This document shows, one piece after another, positions 1-10,439 of a stretch of 64,000 bases of DNA. The notes beneath the pieces are model-generated. The model worked only from the letters and a program-made list of their open reading frames with translations. It did no database searches and was not told the origin of the DNA. This DNA is from an uncultured cyanobacterium. Lineage in GTDB: Bacteria > Cyanobacteriota > Cyanobacteriia > CAKZMO01. Position numbers and translations under genes: made by a program. Every line of letters starts with the position of its first letter. Within the stretch, counting starts at the first letter, position 1. Location: the NCBI GenBank assembly GCA_963719515.1, contig CAVRCJ010000001.1, positions 128,001 to 192,000 of the forward strand, in the 5' to 3' direction.

Positions 1-5
1 ACGGC

Positions 6-1517
6 ATGCCGGTGAACAAGCCGCAAATCGAGTCCCTGCGTCAGCGGCTTGTGGAGATTACCGCCCAGGGGCAAACCGTGCAGCTCGGGGAGGCGGCCCT
101 GCAGCGGCGATGGCTAGACGGATTCGGCGGACCAGAGCTACAGCGCCAGCTTGAAGCCGTAGCAGCAGCCTACAGCGCGGCTCAGGTGGCCCAAAAAGCG
201 CTAGAGCAACGCCAGCAGCAAGACGCCCAGCGCCGGCAGCAGCTAGATCTATTTACCTTTCAGGCCAAAGAGCTGCAGGCTGCCAACCTCAACGACCCCG
301 ACGAGATCGATAGCCTGGAGCAAGAGCGCAAGCGGCTGAGCCACGCGGTGGAACTGCAGCAGTACAGCTATCAGGCCTATCAGCTGCTCTACCAGGCCGA
401 CGACGGCAGTGCGGCCTGCGCCGACCTGATGGGTCGGGCCCACGGCACCCTCACCGACATGGTGGAGTACGACACCACCATCGCCCCCCTATTGGAGATG
501 CTCAACGAGGCGCTGGCGCAGGTGGAGGAGGCGGGGCGGCAAATCAACGCCTACGGGGAGGGGCTGGAGACCGACCCTCAGCGGCTCAGCGAGGTGGAAG
601 AGCGTCTCGTGCAGCTCAAGCAAATTTGCCGTAAGTATGGCCCTACCTTAGGGGAAGCGATCGCCCGCGATCAGCAGCTGCAGGTGGAGCTAGAGGCTCT
701 CAACGACGGGGGCCAGTCCCTAGAGGTGCTAGAAAAGGCGTATCGGGTCAAGCAGGCCAAGCTGGTCACTGAATGCCAGCAGCTCACCCAGCAGCGCCAG
801 GCGGTGGGCCAAGATCTGCAAGGTCAAATTGTTGGCCAGCTTAAGCCGCTGGCGATGGACAAGGTGCAGTTTCAGGTGGAGGTGTCTCCTGTTTCTCCCA
901 CCGCCAGCGGCGCAGATCGAATCACGTTTATGTTTAGCCCCAACCCTGGTGAGCCGCTGCAGCCGCTCTCGGAAACAGCTTCGGGCGGAGAAATGAGCCG
1001 CTTTTTGCTGGCGCTCAAGGTGTGCCTCTCTCAGGCAGACGCCGTGGGGACGATGATTTTTGACGAGATTGACGCCGGGGTGTCGGGTCGGGTGGCCCAG
1101 GCGATCGCCGAAAAGCTACACCAGCTCAGCTACCGTCACCAAGTGCTCTGCGTTACTCACCAGCCCATTGTGGCGGCCATGGCCGATAATCATTTTCACG
1201 TCAGTAAGACCCTGGTGGGGGATGAAGTAGCCGCTTCTCTCCCCTCGGCGGCCTCCGTAGGAACGAAGCGACGCTCGAAGAAGAGCGGGGCGAAAGCTAC
1301 CCCGGCTGCCGGCGCTGTCGATGCCGTCGACGGTGCGCCCAACGGGACCGTGCGCACCGTCGTGCGGGTGATGCCCTTAGACCAGGAGCAGCGCCGCGAA
1401 GAGTTAGCTCAGCTAGCGGGGGGCAAGTCTGACCAGGAGGCGATCGCCTTTGCCGAGTCTTTGCTCAACCAGGCGGATAAAACCCGTCAGGCGATGCAGG
1501 TGGCGGTTGGTCAGTGA
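6..1517 (+). CDS. recN: DNA repair protein RecN, 5'-partial (gene starts before the window)
   Basis: Coiled-coil middle, ABC signature ASGGEMSRFLLALK, Walker B/D-loop MIFDEIDAGVSG, VLCVTHQP H-loop. Walker A is absent, so the N-terminus lies upstream of base 1. Confidence 0.95.
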   Translation: MPVNKPQIESLRQRLVEITAQGQTVQLGEAALQRRWLDGFGGPELQRQLEAVAAAYSAAQVAQKALEQRQQQDAQRRQQLDLFTFQAKELQAANLNDPDEIDSLEQERKRLSHAVELQQYSYQAYQLLYQADDGSAACADLMGRAHGTLTDMVEYDTTIAPLLEMLNEALAQVEEAGRQINAYGEGLETDPQRLSEVEERLVQLKQICRKYGPTLGEAIARDQQLQVELEALNDGGQSLEVLEKAYRVKQAKLVTECQQLTQQRQAVGQDLQGQIVGQLKPLAMDKVQFQVEVSPVSPTASGADRITFMFSPNPGEPLQPLSETASGGEMSRFLLALKVCLSQADAVGTMIFDEIDAGVSGRVAQAIAEKLHQLSYRHQVLCVTHQPIVAAMADNHFHVSKTLVGDEVAASLPSAASVGTKRRSKKSGAKATPAAGAVDAVDGAPNGTVRTVVRVMPLDQEQRREELAQLAGGKSDQEAIAFAESLLNQADKTRQAMQVAVGQ

Positions 1518-1885
1518 AATCGAGCTCGGTTAAACAGAGCATTTAAAGGTGGCTTTGTCCGTGGACATGGAGAAGTCCGCGATTACTGGACGGAGCAGTG
1601 TAGCGAGATCGATGGGCAGGTCGAGCCAGTCAGCACAGGCGATCGCCATCACCCCACCGCAACAACTGTCACCCAGTGATGGGGGTTCTTCTCACGGTTC
1701 GCTATCGTCGAAGTAGCTCAGGTCTTGGCCCATCTACCCCGACCGCATCAACAACCCTGTGAAGACGGTATTACTACCGTTGGGTTACCCCGACCGGGTA
1801 CTGAGCAACTCGGGCAACGGTAAGGCAAACTTGAAGGGAAGCCCCCTCACCGCTGTCCACATTAATCCGTCGCGAGGATATCACT

Positions 1886-3208
1886 GTGCTGGAGTTACGC
1901 CGCTTTTATCGGGCCTGTAATCCCACAAGAACGTTAAAGGTTGAAGATCCGCAGGATCGAAAATACTACATCGACTTTTCTCCCGTGCGCGGCAGCGACC
2001 TCATCCGCGAGCTGCGGCGCATGATTACCGTTTTGGCCACTGACGAACCCACCTGTCAATTGTTCACGGGTCACATTGGCTGCGGCAAATCTACCGAGCT
2101 GCTGCGGCTAAAGGCAGAGCTAGAGGGAGAGGGCTTCCACGCCGTGTACTTTGAGTCGAGCCGCGATTTGGATCTGGCCGATATCGACGTCACCGACATT
2201 TTGCTCGCCATCGCTCAGCGGGTGAGCGCCAGCCTGGAGGCCATCGGCATTCATCTGCGTCCCCGCTACTTTGCCAACCTGTTTGAGGAAGTCTCCGCAT
2301 TTCTCAAGACCCCGGTGAGCCTCGATGTAGAAGCCGAACTCTCTTTAGGCATCGGCAAAATCACCGCTCAAACCCGCGAGAGCCCCCGACTGCGCGATCG
2401 CCTGCGGCAGTATCTAGAGCCCCGCACCAGCAGCATTCTAGAGGCCATTAACGCTGAGCTGTTCACTCGGGCGAATCAGGAGCTGAAGAAGCGGGGCCTC
2501 CGGGGTCTGGTGGTGATTGTCGATAACCTAGACCGGGTGGATAGCTCCCTGAAGCCCTCGGGGCGATCGCAGCCGGAGTATCTGTTTGTAGACCGGGGAG
2601 ACCAGCTGAAGCAGCTCAACTGCCACGTAGTGTATACCATCCCCCTGGTGCTAGTGTTCTCCAACGAGCTGGGGCGGCTGATTAACCGGTTTGGCGTTGA
2701 CCCCAAGGTGTTGCCGATGGTGCCGGGGCGGTTGCCCGACGGCCAGCCCTGTGAGCCGGGGCTAGCGCTGCTGCGGCAAATGGTGCTGGCGCGGGCGTTT
2801 CCTGACGACTCACCCGAAGTGCGGCTGAGCCGGGTTCCTGAGGTGTTTGACAGCGTCGATACCCTCAATCGCCTGTGCAGCATCAGCGGCGGCCACGTCC
2901 GCAATCTGCTGGTGCTGCTCAACCGCTGTCTACAGCAAGAAGACCCCCCCATCTCTCGGGCCTGCTTAGAGAGCATTATTGCCCAGCGCCGCAACGAGCT
3001 GAGCCTAGCCATCACGGGGGATGAATGGCCCCTGCTGCAAAAGATTATGCAAAAGCGTCAGGACGTCCGGGGCGAGGAGGCCTACAAGCTGCTGCTGCGC
3101 AGCCTGTTTGTGTTTGAATACCGCCACGACGGCCAGCTGTGGAACGACATTAACCCCATCCTGGCGGAAACCCAAGAGGTGCAGGCATGGCTAGCCTCCA
3201 GCAGATAG
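1886..3208 (+). CDS. P-loop NTPase (AAA+/STAND-related ATP-binding protein)
   Basis: Walker A GHIGCGKST, Walker B VVIVDNLDR, SGGHVR motif; GTG start; overlaps the next ORF by 22 nt. Confidence 0.85.
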   Translation: MLELRRFYRACNPTRTLKVEDPQDRKYYIDFSPVRGSDLIRELRRMITVLATDEPTCQLFTGHIGCGKSTELLRLKAELEGEGFHAVYFESSRDLDLADIDVTDILLAIAQRVSASLEAIGIHLRPRYFANLFEEVSAFLKTPVSLDVEAELSLGIGKITAQTRESPRLRDRLRQYLEPRTSSILEAINAELFTRANQELKKRGLRGLVVIVDNLDRVDSSLKPSGRSQPEYLFVDRGDQLKQLNCHVVYTIPLVLVFSNELGRLINRFGVDPKVLPMVPGRLPDGQPCEPGLALLRQMVLARAFPDDSPEVRLSRVPEVFDSVDTLNRLCSISGGHVRNLLVLLNRCLQQEDPPISRACLESIIAQRRNELSLAITGDEWPLLQKIMQKRQDVRGEEAYKLLLRSLFVFEYRHDGQLWNDINPILAETQEVQAWLASSR

Positions 3209-6200
3209 TCGAAGCCGACCGCTACAACTGGCAGGCGGTCAATAAAGTAGTGCGGGTAGTGGAGCTAGTGCCAGAGGAGTTCTCCCTGGTGCTGGCCCAC
3301 TGCAACTATGCCGACCTCCAGCACACGATGCTGGACTGGATCCATCGCGCTTGCCCTGTACCGGTGCAAACGGTGCATCTCAAGCCCGCTAGCCAAACGA
3401 TGCTGACGGCCCTCCAGCAGGCGATCGCCCGCGGCAGGGAGACGCCTCAAGCGCTGATGGTAACGGGGCTGGAGTCGGTTTCTCGCTTAGACCAGCTGCT
3501 GAAAGCGACCAACCAGGTGCGGGATGAGTTTCGCAAATGTTTTCCCTTCCCGGTCGTCCTGTGGGTGAACGACGACGTCCTGCGGCAGATGATCCGGCTG
3601 GCGCCCGACTTCCAGAGCTGGGCCACCACCATCGACTTTCAGCCGGCCACCACCCAGCTCCTGAACGCCCTGACCTGGGGAGAGGAGCAGCTGTTTGACC
3701 AGGTGTTAGAGGCGGGGGTCGGGCGCTTTTTGAGCAACACCGACATCTTTGGGAGTCGCTACCAGGCAGAGCTGATGGCGGCGCTGCGAGACTTAGAGCG
3801 CCGGCAGGTGGCACCTGACCCAGCGCTGCAGGCGAGTTTAGAGTTTCTGCTGGGACGAGAGGCCTATGCCACCCACCAGCTAGCGGAGGCTGACGAACGC
3901 TACAGCCGCAGCCTAGAGTTTTGGCAGCAGACAGAGGACTGGCAGCGGCAGGGGTGTTTACTCTACAGCCTGGGGCTGATGTGGCGCACCTGGGCAGAGC
4001 ACAACCGCCCCGAACACCGTCAGGCCTGTGAGCGGGCGCAAAGCTACTTTCAGCGGTGCATCGACACCTTTGAATCGGCCCATAGCCCCGACTGCACGGC
4101 CAAGTTTATCAACGCCTTGGGAGAGGTGCTGCAGCGACTCAAGCAGTGGGATGAGCTAGAGCGGGTGGCTCAGCGGGCCGTGGTGCTGCAGCGCTATTAC
4201 CGAGCGCCGTTTCGGCTAGCGCGGGCCTACGGATTTCTCAGCGAGGTTGCCCTGGCGCGAAAAGACTGGCCCGAGGCGAAAACCTTGGCGGAACGGGCGA
4301 TCGCGAACCTGGAACAGGCGCTAAAGCCGGCCAGCGACCTCAGCTCGGGCCAAAGAGCTGACCAAGACTGGGAGCGGGCCTTTCACCAGGGGTGGTATCT
4401 GCTGGCCCAGGCGCGATCGCTGCTAGCGCTGCAGGAAGTGCCGCCGGCCATTGAGAGCCTAGAAAAAGCGCGGCGGGAAACCAACCCCCAGTACGACCCC
4501 GAGCTGTATATCCGAATTCTCAATCAGCTGCGGCTCGTGTATTTTCAGCAGGGCCGTTATCTAGACGCCTTCAAAATTCGCCAGACCCGCCGCGCCATAG
4601 AATATCAGTTTGGCTTCCGGGCCTTTTTGGGGGCGACCCGTTTGCAGCCCAAGCAGGCGATTACCAATCCGGCCATTGCCCATCCCTCAGAGCAAGTGCA
4701 GGCTCACGAGCTAGCCGCATCGGGGCGGCAGGCCGATATTGACCGCTTGGTGGCTAGGCTGGGGCGCAACGACAATCGGCTCACGGTCCTCTACGGCCAG
4801 TCGGGAGTGGGGAAAAGCTCCATTCTAGTCGCCGGCCTAATTCCCACACTCAAGCGAACCACAATCAAGTCCCGAGGCGTTCTGCCTGTGCTGCACCAGG
4901 TGTACACAGACTGGACAGAGAACCTGCACGAAGCCCTGCTGCAAGCGATGGGAGAGCAGCGTATCCCCTTAGAAGAATCGTCAGAACTGAGCACCCTGGG
5001 TCAGCTGGCCCTCAACGACGATCGCAACTTGACGACGGTCTTGATCTTCGACCAGTTTGAAGAATTTTACTCGGCCTGCAAGCATCCCCATCAGCGCCGA
5101 GACTTTTACCTGTTTCTCAAACGCTGCCTCAACATCCCCTACGTCAAAGTGGTGTTGTCCCTGCGGGAAGACTACCTCCACTACCTGCTCGAAGTGACCC
5201 GCTTTGTCACGCTTGACGTGATCAACAACAACATTCTTGATCAACAGATTCTCTACTACATCGGCAACTTTTCCCGCGAAGAAGCGAAGTCGGTCATCTA
5301 CCGGCTTACAGAACGCACCCCCTTCTCTTTGGAACCTGACCTAATTAACGCCCTTGTTGACGATTTAGCGCAGGAGCTGAATCAGGTGAGCCCCATCGAG
5401 CTGCAGGTGGTGGGGGCGCAGCTGCAGATTGACGAGATCACCACCCTGCAGGCCTACCGTGAGCAGGGGCCAAAAACCGAACTGGTGAGACGCTATGTGG
5501 ACGCGGCGGTGGAAAACTGCGGCCCCGAGAACCAGCAATTAGCGAAGCAGATTCTTTATTTCCTCACCGAGGACCAGGGCACTCGCCCTCTGAAAACGCG
5601 CACCGAGCTGGCGGAAGAGGCCGAAGTCGACAAGAATCAGCTCGCCCCCGTCCTCCATATCTTGGTGGGGGCGGGCCTAGTGTTCGAGCTGCCCAGCGCC
5701 TCCATTCGCTACTACCAGCTCGTCCACGACTATTTGGTCCCTTTTATTCGTCAAGAGCAAACCCCGGAGCTGCTGACCGAGCTGCGGCAGACCAAAGCCC
5801 AGCTCAAGCAAGCCCTCTACAAAGAGCAGCAGGAGCGGCGGCGGGCCGAGATGGCCGAGATCAAGGTGCTCAATGCCCTGTCGCAGGCGCTCTTGCTGTC
5901 CCACGACCATCTGGGAGCCCTGCTCTCTAGCGTTAAAGCAGGACGCAAGCTACTCAAGGCCGCAGGCGGTGCCCCCGCCGATATTCAGCGTCAAACGCGG
6001 GAGCGGCTGTGGCATACGCTCAATCAAATTCGAGAGGTCAACCGCTTTTCTGGCCACAGCGCCTCGGTGTTCGACATCGAGTTTAGCCCCGACGGACAGA
6101 TCCTCGCCTCGGCCAGCGCCGACCATACGGTCCGGCTGTGGACTCTGGAGGGAGAGCCTGCGGCGGTGTGCAGCGGCCATTGGGACCAGGTCCACAGCGT

Positions 6201-7929
6201 CAAGTTTAGCCCCGACGGGCAGCTCCTCGCCTCGGCCAGCGCCGACCGGACGGTGCGGCTGTGGCGACGGGATGGGGTACCGGTGCGGACGCTGAAAGGC
6301 CACGGCGATCGCGTTTTTAGCCTGTGCTTTAGCCCTGACGGTAAGCGGCTCGCCTCGGGCGGGGAAGACGGGGTGCTGCGGCTGTGGGACAGCCAAGGCG
6401 ATCTGCTTAAAGCCTTTCGCCCCGGCGTGGCCATCTACACGGTTTGCTTTAGCCCCAGCGGCAGGGTGCTAGCCACCGCTTGCGAGGGGGGAAAGATTCG
6501 CCTATGGCACGCTAACGGCACCCTGCTAGCGGAGGTGAAAGGCCATGAGGGCCGCGTCTTTAACCTGGTCTACAGCGCCGATGGCCAGATTCTGGTTTCT
6601 ACCGGTGAGGATGGCACCGTCAAATTTTGGAGCCCCGACGGTATCCTCACCGGTATCCTCCATCAGCATGGAACCCCCGGCTACGGGGTCTGCTTTAGCC
6701 CTGACAACCAGCTGCTGGCCCTCACTAGCGCTGACCATACGGTGCGCCTGTGCAATATTTTGGGGCAAACCATCGCCCAGTTTCAGGGACACAACAGCTC
6801 GGTATATGGCCTCAGCTTTAGCCCCGACGGGCGTCTACTGGCTTCTGCAGGAGAGGACAGAACCATTCGCCTTTGGGGATTAGACGGGCTAGGGCTGTAT
6901 GTGGACCAGGGCCACCGCCACAGGGTGCTCGACGCCAGCCTTTACGACAGCAATCTAGCCACTGCTGGGGAAGATGGCACCGTGAAGCTGTGGCAGCTCA
7001 ATGGTGAGCTTGTGAGAACCTTCCACGGCCACGAATCCCTGGTGCGCAGCGTCAGCATCAGTCCCGACGGCACTTTGATCGCCTCTGCCAGTAACGATCA
7101 AACCGTGCGGCTGTGGCGCATAGATGGCTCCCTGCTGCAGGTGTTTGACGAGCACTACAACGGGGTCCGCCACGTCAGCTTTAGCCCCGACGGACAGCTG
7201 CTGATCTCAGCGGGGAACGATCGCATCCTGCGGCTGTGGCGACTGGACGGCTCGCTGGTGACCTCGCTTTATGGCCACAGTGCCCGCATTATGAGTGTGA
7301 GCATGAGCCCCGATGGCACCAAAATAGCGGCGGCCAGCGGCAGAACGATATATCTGTGGCGGCCAGCGGGAGATGCCATCGCGACCCTGCAAGGTCACGA
7401 CGCCCGCGTACTGGACGTACAGTTTAGCCCTGACGGGCATCAGTTCGCCTCTGCTAGCGCTGATGGTACCGTGAAGCTGTGGTCTCAGCATGGCGCGCTG
7501 CTCAAGACGTTTCGCGGCCACGAGGCGCGGGTGCGGGGGGTACGTTTTACCCCAGACGGGATGCATTTAGTCTCCTACAGCGCCGACCGGACGGTGCGGC
7601 TGTGGCGGCTGGGCGGCAGCGCTGCGCGAGTGCTGCGGGCACAGCGGTCGGCCATTTGCTATGTCAAAATCTCTGCCGAGGGCCGGCTGGTGGTGGTCGA
7701 AGAGGGGGGATGCGTGAGGGGCTGGAAGATGGCGGTGCTGCTGAGCCAGTCTGATACGGTAGAACCGCTGTTTGAGTTTAACCTCAACGGCCTGCCCGCA
7801 CCGTCGCGGCAAGCCGAGGCGAGCCTCAGCGAGCTGCTGGCAGACGGCTGCCTGTGGCTAGAGGGCTACCTGCGCCACAATGTCCACGTGGCTGAGGGCG
7901 ATCGCGATATCTGCCGCGGGTTTATGTAG
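3187..7929 (+). CDS. TPR + STAND NTPase (nSTAND1-like) + WD40 repeat protein
   Basis: TPR-like helical repeats; Walker A YGQSGVGKSS, Walker B LIFDQFEEF, YQLVHDYL; many GH...FSPDG...LASASAD.TVRLW WD40 repeats. Confidence 0.9.
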   Translation: MASLQQIVEADRYNWQAVNKVVRVVELVPEEFSLVLAHCNYADLQHTMLDWIHRACPVPVQTVHLKPASQTMLTALQQAIARGRETPQALMVTGLESVSRLDQLLKATNQVRDEFRKCFPFPVVLWVNDDVLRQMIRLAPDFQSWATTIDFQPATTQLLNALTWGEEQLFDQVLEAGVGRFLSNTDIFGSRYQAELMAALRDLERRQVAPDPALQASLEFLLGREAYATHQLAEADERYSRSLEFWQQTEDWQRQGCLLYSLGLMWRTWAEHNRPEHRQACERAQSYFQRCIDTFESAHSPDCTAKFINALGEVLQRLKQWDELERVAQRAVVLQRYYRAPFRLARAYGFLSEVALARKDWPEAKTLAERAIANLEQALKPASDLSSGQRADQDWERAFHQGWYLLAQARSLLALQEVPPAIESLEKARRETNPQYDPELYIRILNQLRLVYFQQGRYLDAFKIRQTRRAIEYQFGFRAFLGATRLQPKQAITNPAIAHPSEQVQAHELAASGRQADIDRLVARLGRNDNRLTVLYGQSGVGKSSILVAGLIPTLKRTTIKSRGVLPVLHQVYTDWTENLHEALLQAMGEQRIPLEESSELSTLGQLALNDDRNLTTVLIFDQFEEFYSACKHPHQRRDFYLFLKRCLNIPYVKVVLSLREDYLHYLLEVTRFVTLDVINNNILDQQILYYIGNFSREEAKSVIYRLTERTPFSLEPDLINALVDDLAQELNQVSPIELQVVGAQLQIDEITTLQAYREQGPKTELVRRYVDAAVENCGPENQQLAKQILYFLTEDQGTRPLKTRTELAEEAEVDKNQLAPVLHILVGAGLVFELPSASIRYYQLVHDYLVPFIRQEQTPELLTELRQTKAQLKQALYKEQQERRRAEMAEIKVLNALSQALLLSHDHLGALLSSVKAGRKLLKAAGGAPADIQRQTRERLWHTLNQIREVNRFSGHSASVFDIEFSPDGQILASASADHTVRLWTLEGEPAAVCSGHWDQVHSVKFSPDGQLLASASADRTVRLWRRDGVPVRTLKGHGDRVFSLCFSPDGKRLASGGEDGVLRLWDSQGDLLKAFRPGVAIYTVCFSPSGRVLATACEGGKIRLWHANGTLLAEVKGHEGRVFNLVYSADGQILVSTGEDGTVKFWSPDGILTGILHQHGTPGYGVCFSPDNQLLALTSADHTVRLCNILGQTIAQFQGHNSSVYGLSFSPDGRLLASAGEDRTIRLWGLDGLGLYVDQGHRHRVLDASLYDSNLATAGEDGTVKLWQLNGELVRTFHGHESLVRSVSISPDGTLIASASNDQTVRLWRIDGSLLQVFDEHYNGVRHVSFSPDGQLLISAGNDRILRLWRLDGSLVTSLYGHSARIMSVSMSPDGTKIAAASGRTIYLWRPAGDAIATLQGHDARVLDVQFSPDGHQFASASADGTVKLWSQHGALLKTFRGHEARVRGVRFTPDGMHLVSYSADRTVRLWRLGGSAARVLRAQRSAICYVKISAEGRLVVVEEGGCVRGWKMAVLLSQSDTVEPLFEFNLNGLPAPSRQAEASLSELLADGCLWLEGYLRHNVHVAEGDRDICRGFM

Positions 7930-8111
7930 CCGAATTCGCTGCCGCTGCGTAAAAGTTACTCCCACCACATCCATGGGAATTCTTGATCTATAATCGGTCA
8001 TTAATTTCTTCTCAAGCTACCGGTTAGAGCCCGCATCGACCGATTCGCGATACCTTATCATCTGCGATCGCTTTCTCTATAAGCTCACTTTATTCCATAG
8101 ACGCATCAACA

Positions 8112-10421
8112 ATGACAGACCTCACACCGCAGCGTTCTGACGTCGTCACAGCAGAGAACGTCAGCCTCACCAACTGCGATCGCGAACAGGTTCACATTCC
8201 GGGTGCAGTTCAACCCCACGGGGTTCTGTTCGTTCTGCAAGAGCCTGACTACACGATTGTTCAGGTCAGCCAAAACAGCGAGCGGCTTTTGGGCCGCAGC
8301 CCCAGCGAACTTCTGGGAACGCCGCTCTCGTTGCTGGTAGGCGATAACGTCATTGACGAGATTCAGCGTTGCCTATTGGGAGATTTTGAGAGCCTAAACC
8401 CCATCAGAGTCAAGCTTGACGCCCCCGGAAAGGGGCTGACCTTTGACGGCATTGTCCACCGCTATCAAGGTGTGACCATGTTTGAGCTGGAGACGATGCC
8501 CGCCATTGAAACCACCAGCTTCTTCGATTTTTATCGTCTGGTGAAAGCGACGCTTACTAAGCTGCAGAGAACCAAAACCCTGCAGGATCTCTGCCAGATT
8601 GTGGTCAAGGACGTCCGCAACATCACCGGATTTGACCGCGTGATGATCTATCGATTCGAGGCTGACGGCACCGGCGTGGTTGAGGCCGAAAGCAAAGGAG
8701 AGGCCGTCGAGGCATTCCTGGGCCTCCGCTACCCCTCCACCGACATCCCGGTGCCGGCGCGGCGCTTATATTTGCTTAACTGGCTGCGGCTGATCCCAGA
8801 CGTCAACTACGAGCCCGTCGGGCTTATGAGCCAAAGGGACGTCGAGACGCAAGAGCCCCTAGACCTGAGCTACTCGGTGTTGCGCAGCGTGTCGCCCCTC
8901 CACGTTGAGTATTTGAAAAATATGGGGGTGCAGGCCTCCATGTCGATTTCCCTGATCAAAGATGGGAAGCTGTGGGGCCTCATTGCCTGCCATCACGACT
9001 CTCCCCGATACGTGACCTATCAGGTGCGCACCTCCTGCGAATTTCTGGGACAGGCCATGTCTTTGGAGCTAGCCGCTAAAGAGGAGAACGAAGACCTGCA
9101 GTACAAAATGGAGATTAAGGAGCTGCAGGCCCAGCTGATCGATCGCCTCGCAGCTCAAGATTCCTTCGCCCACAGTCTGGCCGAGAACTCAACCCTGCTG
9201 CTGGATATAGTGAGCGCCCAGGGGGTCGCTATCTGCACTGACGATGGGATTTCTTTATTGGGTAACACCCCCAGCCACCAGCAGGTTGAGGCGCTGGTTG
9301 AGTGGGTAACGGAGAATACTGAAGACGACCTGATGGTGACCCAACAGCTGTCAGAGCAGTATCCTCCGGCAAAAGATTACAAGACGCCTGCCAGCGGACT
9401 GCTCGCCCTCGCTGTCACTCGCATCACTAAAAACTACATTCTTTGGTTTCGCCCAGAAGTGGTGCAGTCGGTGACCTGGGCCGGCGATCCCAATAAACCG
9501 GCTGAGGTGATGCCCGACGGTAGTCTTCACTTGTCGCCGCGCCAGTCCTTCGAGCACTGGCAAGAGCAGGTCTACGGCACGTCACTGCCGTGGAAATCCT
9601 GCGAAATTGACGGCGTTTACGCGATTAAAAACGCCATTGTAGGCACCGTTCTCCGCCAAGCAGATGCCCTTGCAGAGCTCAACAGTCAGCTCATGACCAG
9701 CAATGACGAGCTAGATGCATTTGCCTACGCGGCCTCCCATGACCTCAAAGAGCCCTTGAGAGGGATTTACAACTACTCCAGCTTTTTGATGGAGGACTTC
9801 TCTGGGCAGCTGAGTGAGGAAGGGGTTGACTACCTTAAGTCAATCTCCAAGCTCACCCAGCGTATGGAGAGCCTCATCGATTCGCTGCTGCACTATTCAC
9901 GGTTGGGGCGGGCAGACTTGGTGACGCAGCCCGTCGATATGTCGGAGCTGATGAAAGAGGTGGTTGATCTATTTCGCATGCAGTTCTCAGCGGACGACCT
10001 CAAACTACAGATTGAGCCGGCGCTGCCGGTTGTACTAGGAGATTCTGTCCAGCTGATGGAAGTATTTACCAACTTGATCAGCAACGCAATTAAGTACAAT
10101 GAAAGTGAGCAAAAGTGCGTGGAAGTTGGTCTGTGCCGCGACTCTAATATTCCAGACGGTGCTTTCGTTGACGCCGGGACGCCGTCCGTGACCTTCTATG
10201 TCAAAGACAATGGCATCGGCATTCCCGAAAAGCATCATGCCAACGTCTTCAGACTTTTTAAGCGCCTGCACTCTCCCAAAAAATACAAGGGCGGCACAGG
10301 CGTGGGGTTGACGCTGGTCAAACGAATTATTGAGCGCCACCAGGGCGCGATCGCGCTCACTTCGGTGAAGGGCGAGGGCAGCACGTTTTACATCACATTC
10401 CCAGTTGAGTACAATAGTTAG
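8112..10421 (+). CDS. Bacteriophytochrome-type (CphB/BphP-like) PAS-GAF-PHY histidine kinase
   Basis: NCDREQVHIPGAVQPHG, GFDRVMIYRF, YPSTDIP (PASDIP motif), LRSVSPLH, WFRPE, PRQSF tongue motif, H-box SHDLKEPLR, HATPase N/G boxes. Confidence 0.93.
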   Translation: MTDLTPQRSDVVTAENVSLTNCDREQVHIPGAVQPHGVLFVLQEPDYTIVQVSQNSERLLGRSPSELLGTPLSLLVGDNVIDEIQRCLLGDFESLNPIRVKLDAPGKGLTFDGIVHRYQGVTMFELETMPAIETTSFFDFYRLVKATLTKLQRTKTLQDLCQIVVKDVRNITGFDRVMIYRFEADGTGVVEAESKGEAVEAFLGLRYPSTDIPVPARRLYLLNWLRLIPDVNYEPVGLMSQRDVETQEPLDLSYSVLRSVSPLHVEYLKNMGVQASMSISLIKDGKLWGLIACHHDSPRYVTYQVRTSCEFLGQAMSLELAAKEENEDLQYKMEIKELQAQLIDRLAAQDSFAHSLAENSTLLLDIVSAQGVAICTDDGISLLGNTPSHQQVEALVEWVTENTEDDLMVTQQLSEQYPPAKDYKTPASGLLALAVTRITKNYILWFRPEVVQSVTWAGDPNKPAEVMPDGSLHLSPRQSFEHWQEQVYGTSLPWKSCEIDGVYAIKNAIVGTVLRQADALAELNSQLMTSNDELDAFAYAASHDLKEPLRGIYNYSSFLMEDFSGQLSEEGVDYLKSISKLTQRMESLIDSLLHYSRLGRADLVTQPVDMSELMKEVVDLFRMQFSADDLKLQIEPALPVVLGDSVQLMEVFTNLISNAIKYNESEQKCVEVGLCRDSNIPDGAFVDAGTPSVTFYVKDNGIGIPEKHHANVFRLFKRLHSPKKYKGGTGVGLTLVKRIIERHQGAIALTSVKGEGSTFYITFPVEYNS

Positions 10422-10439
10422 AGTTTCAGCCGATTTTAG

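Noticed and set aside
6040..7620. Recurrent TTTAGCCCCGACGG motifs as a CRISPR-like array
   Set aside because: These are the FSPDG codons of WD40 repeats within an open frame; the same applies to 23600-25330. No cas genes are present.
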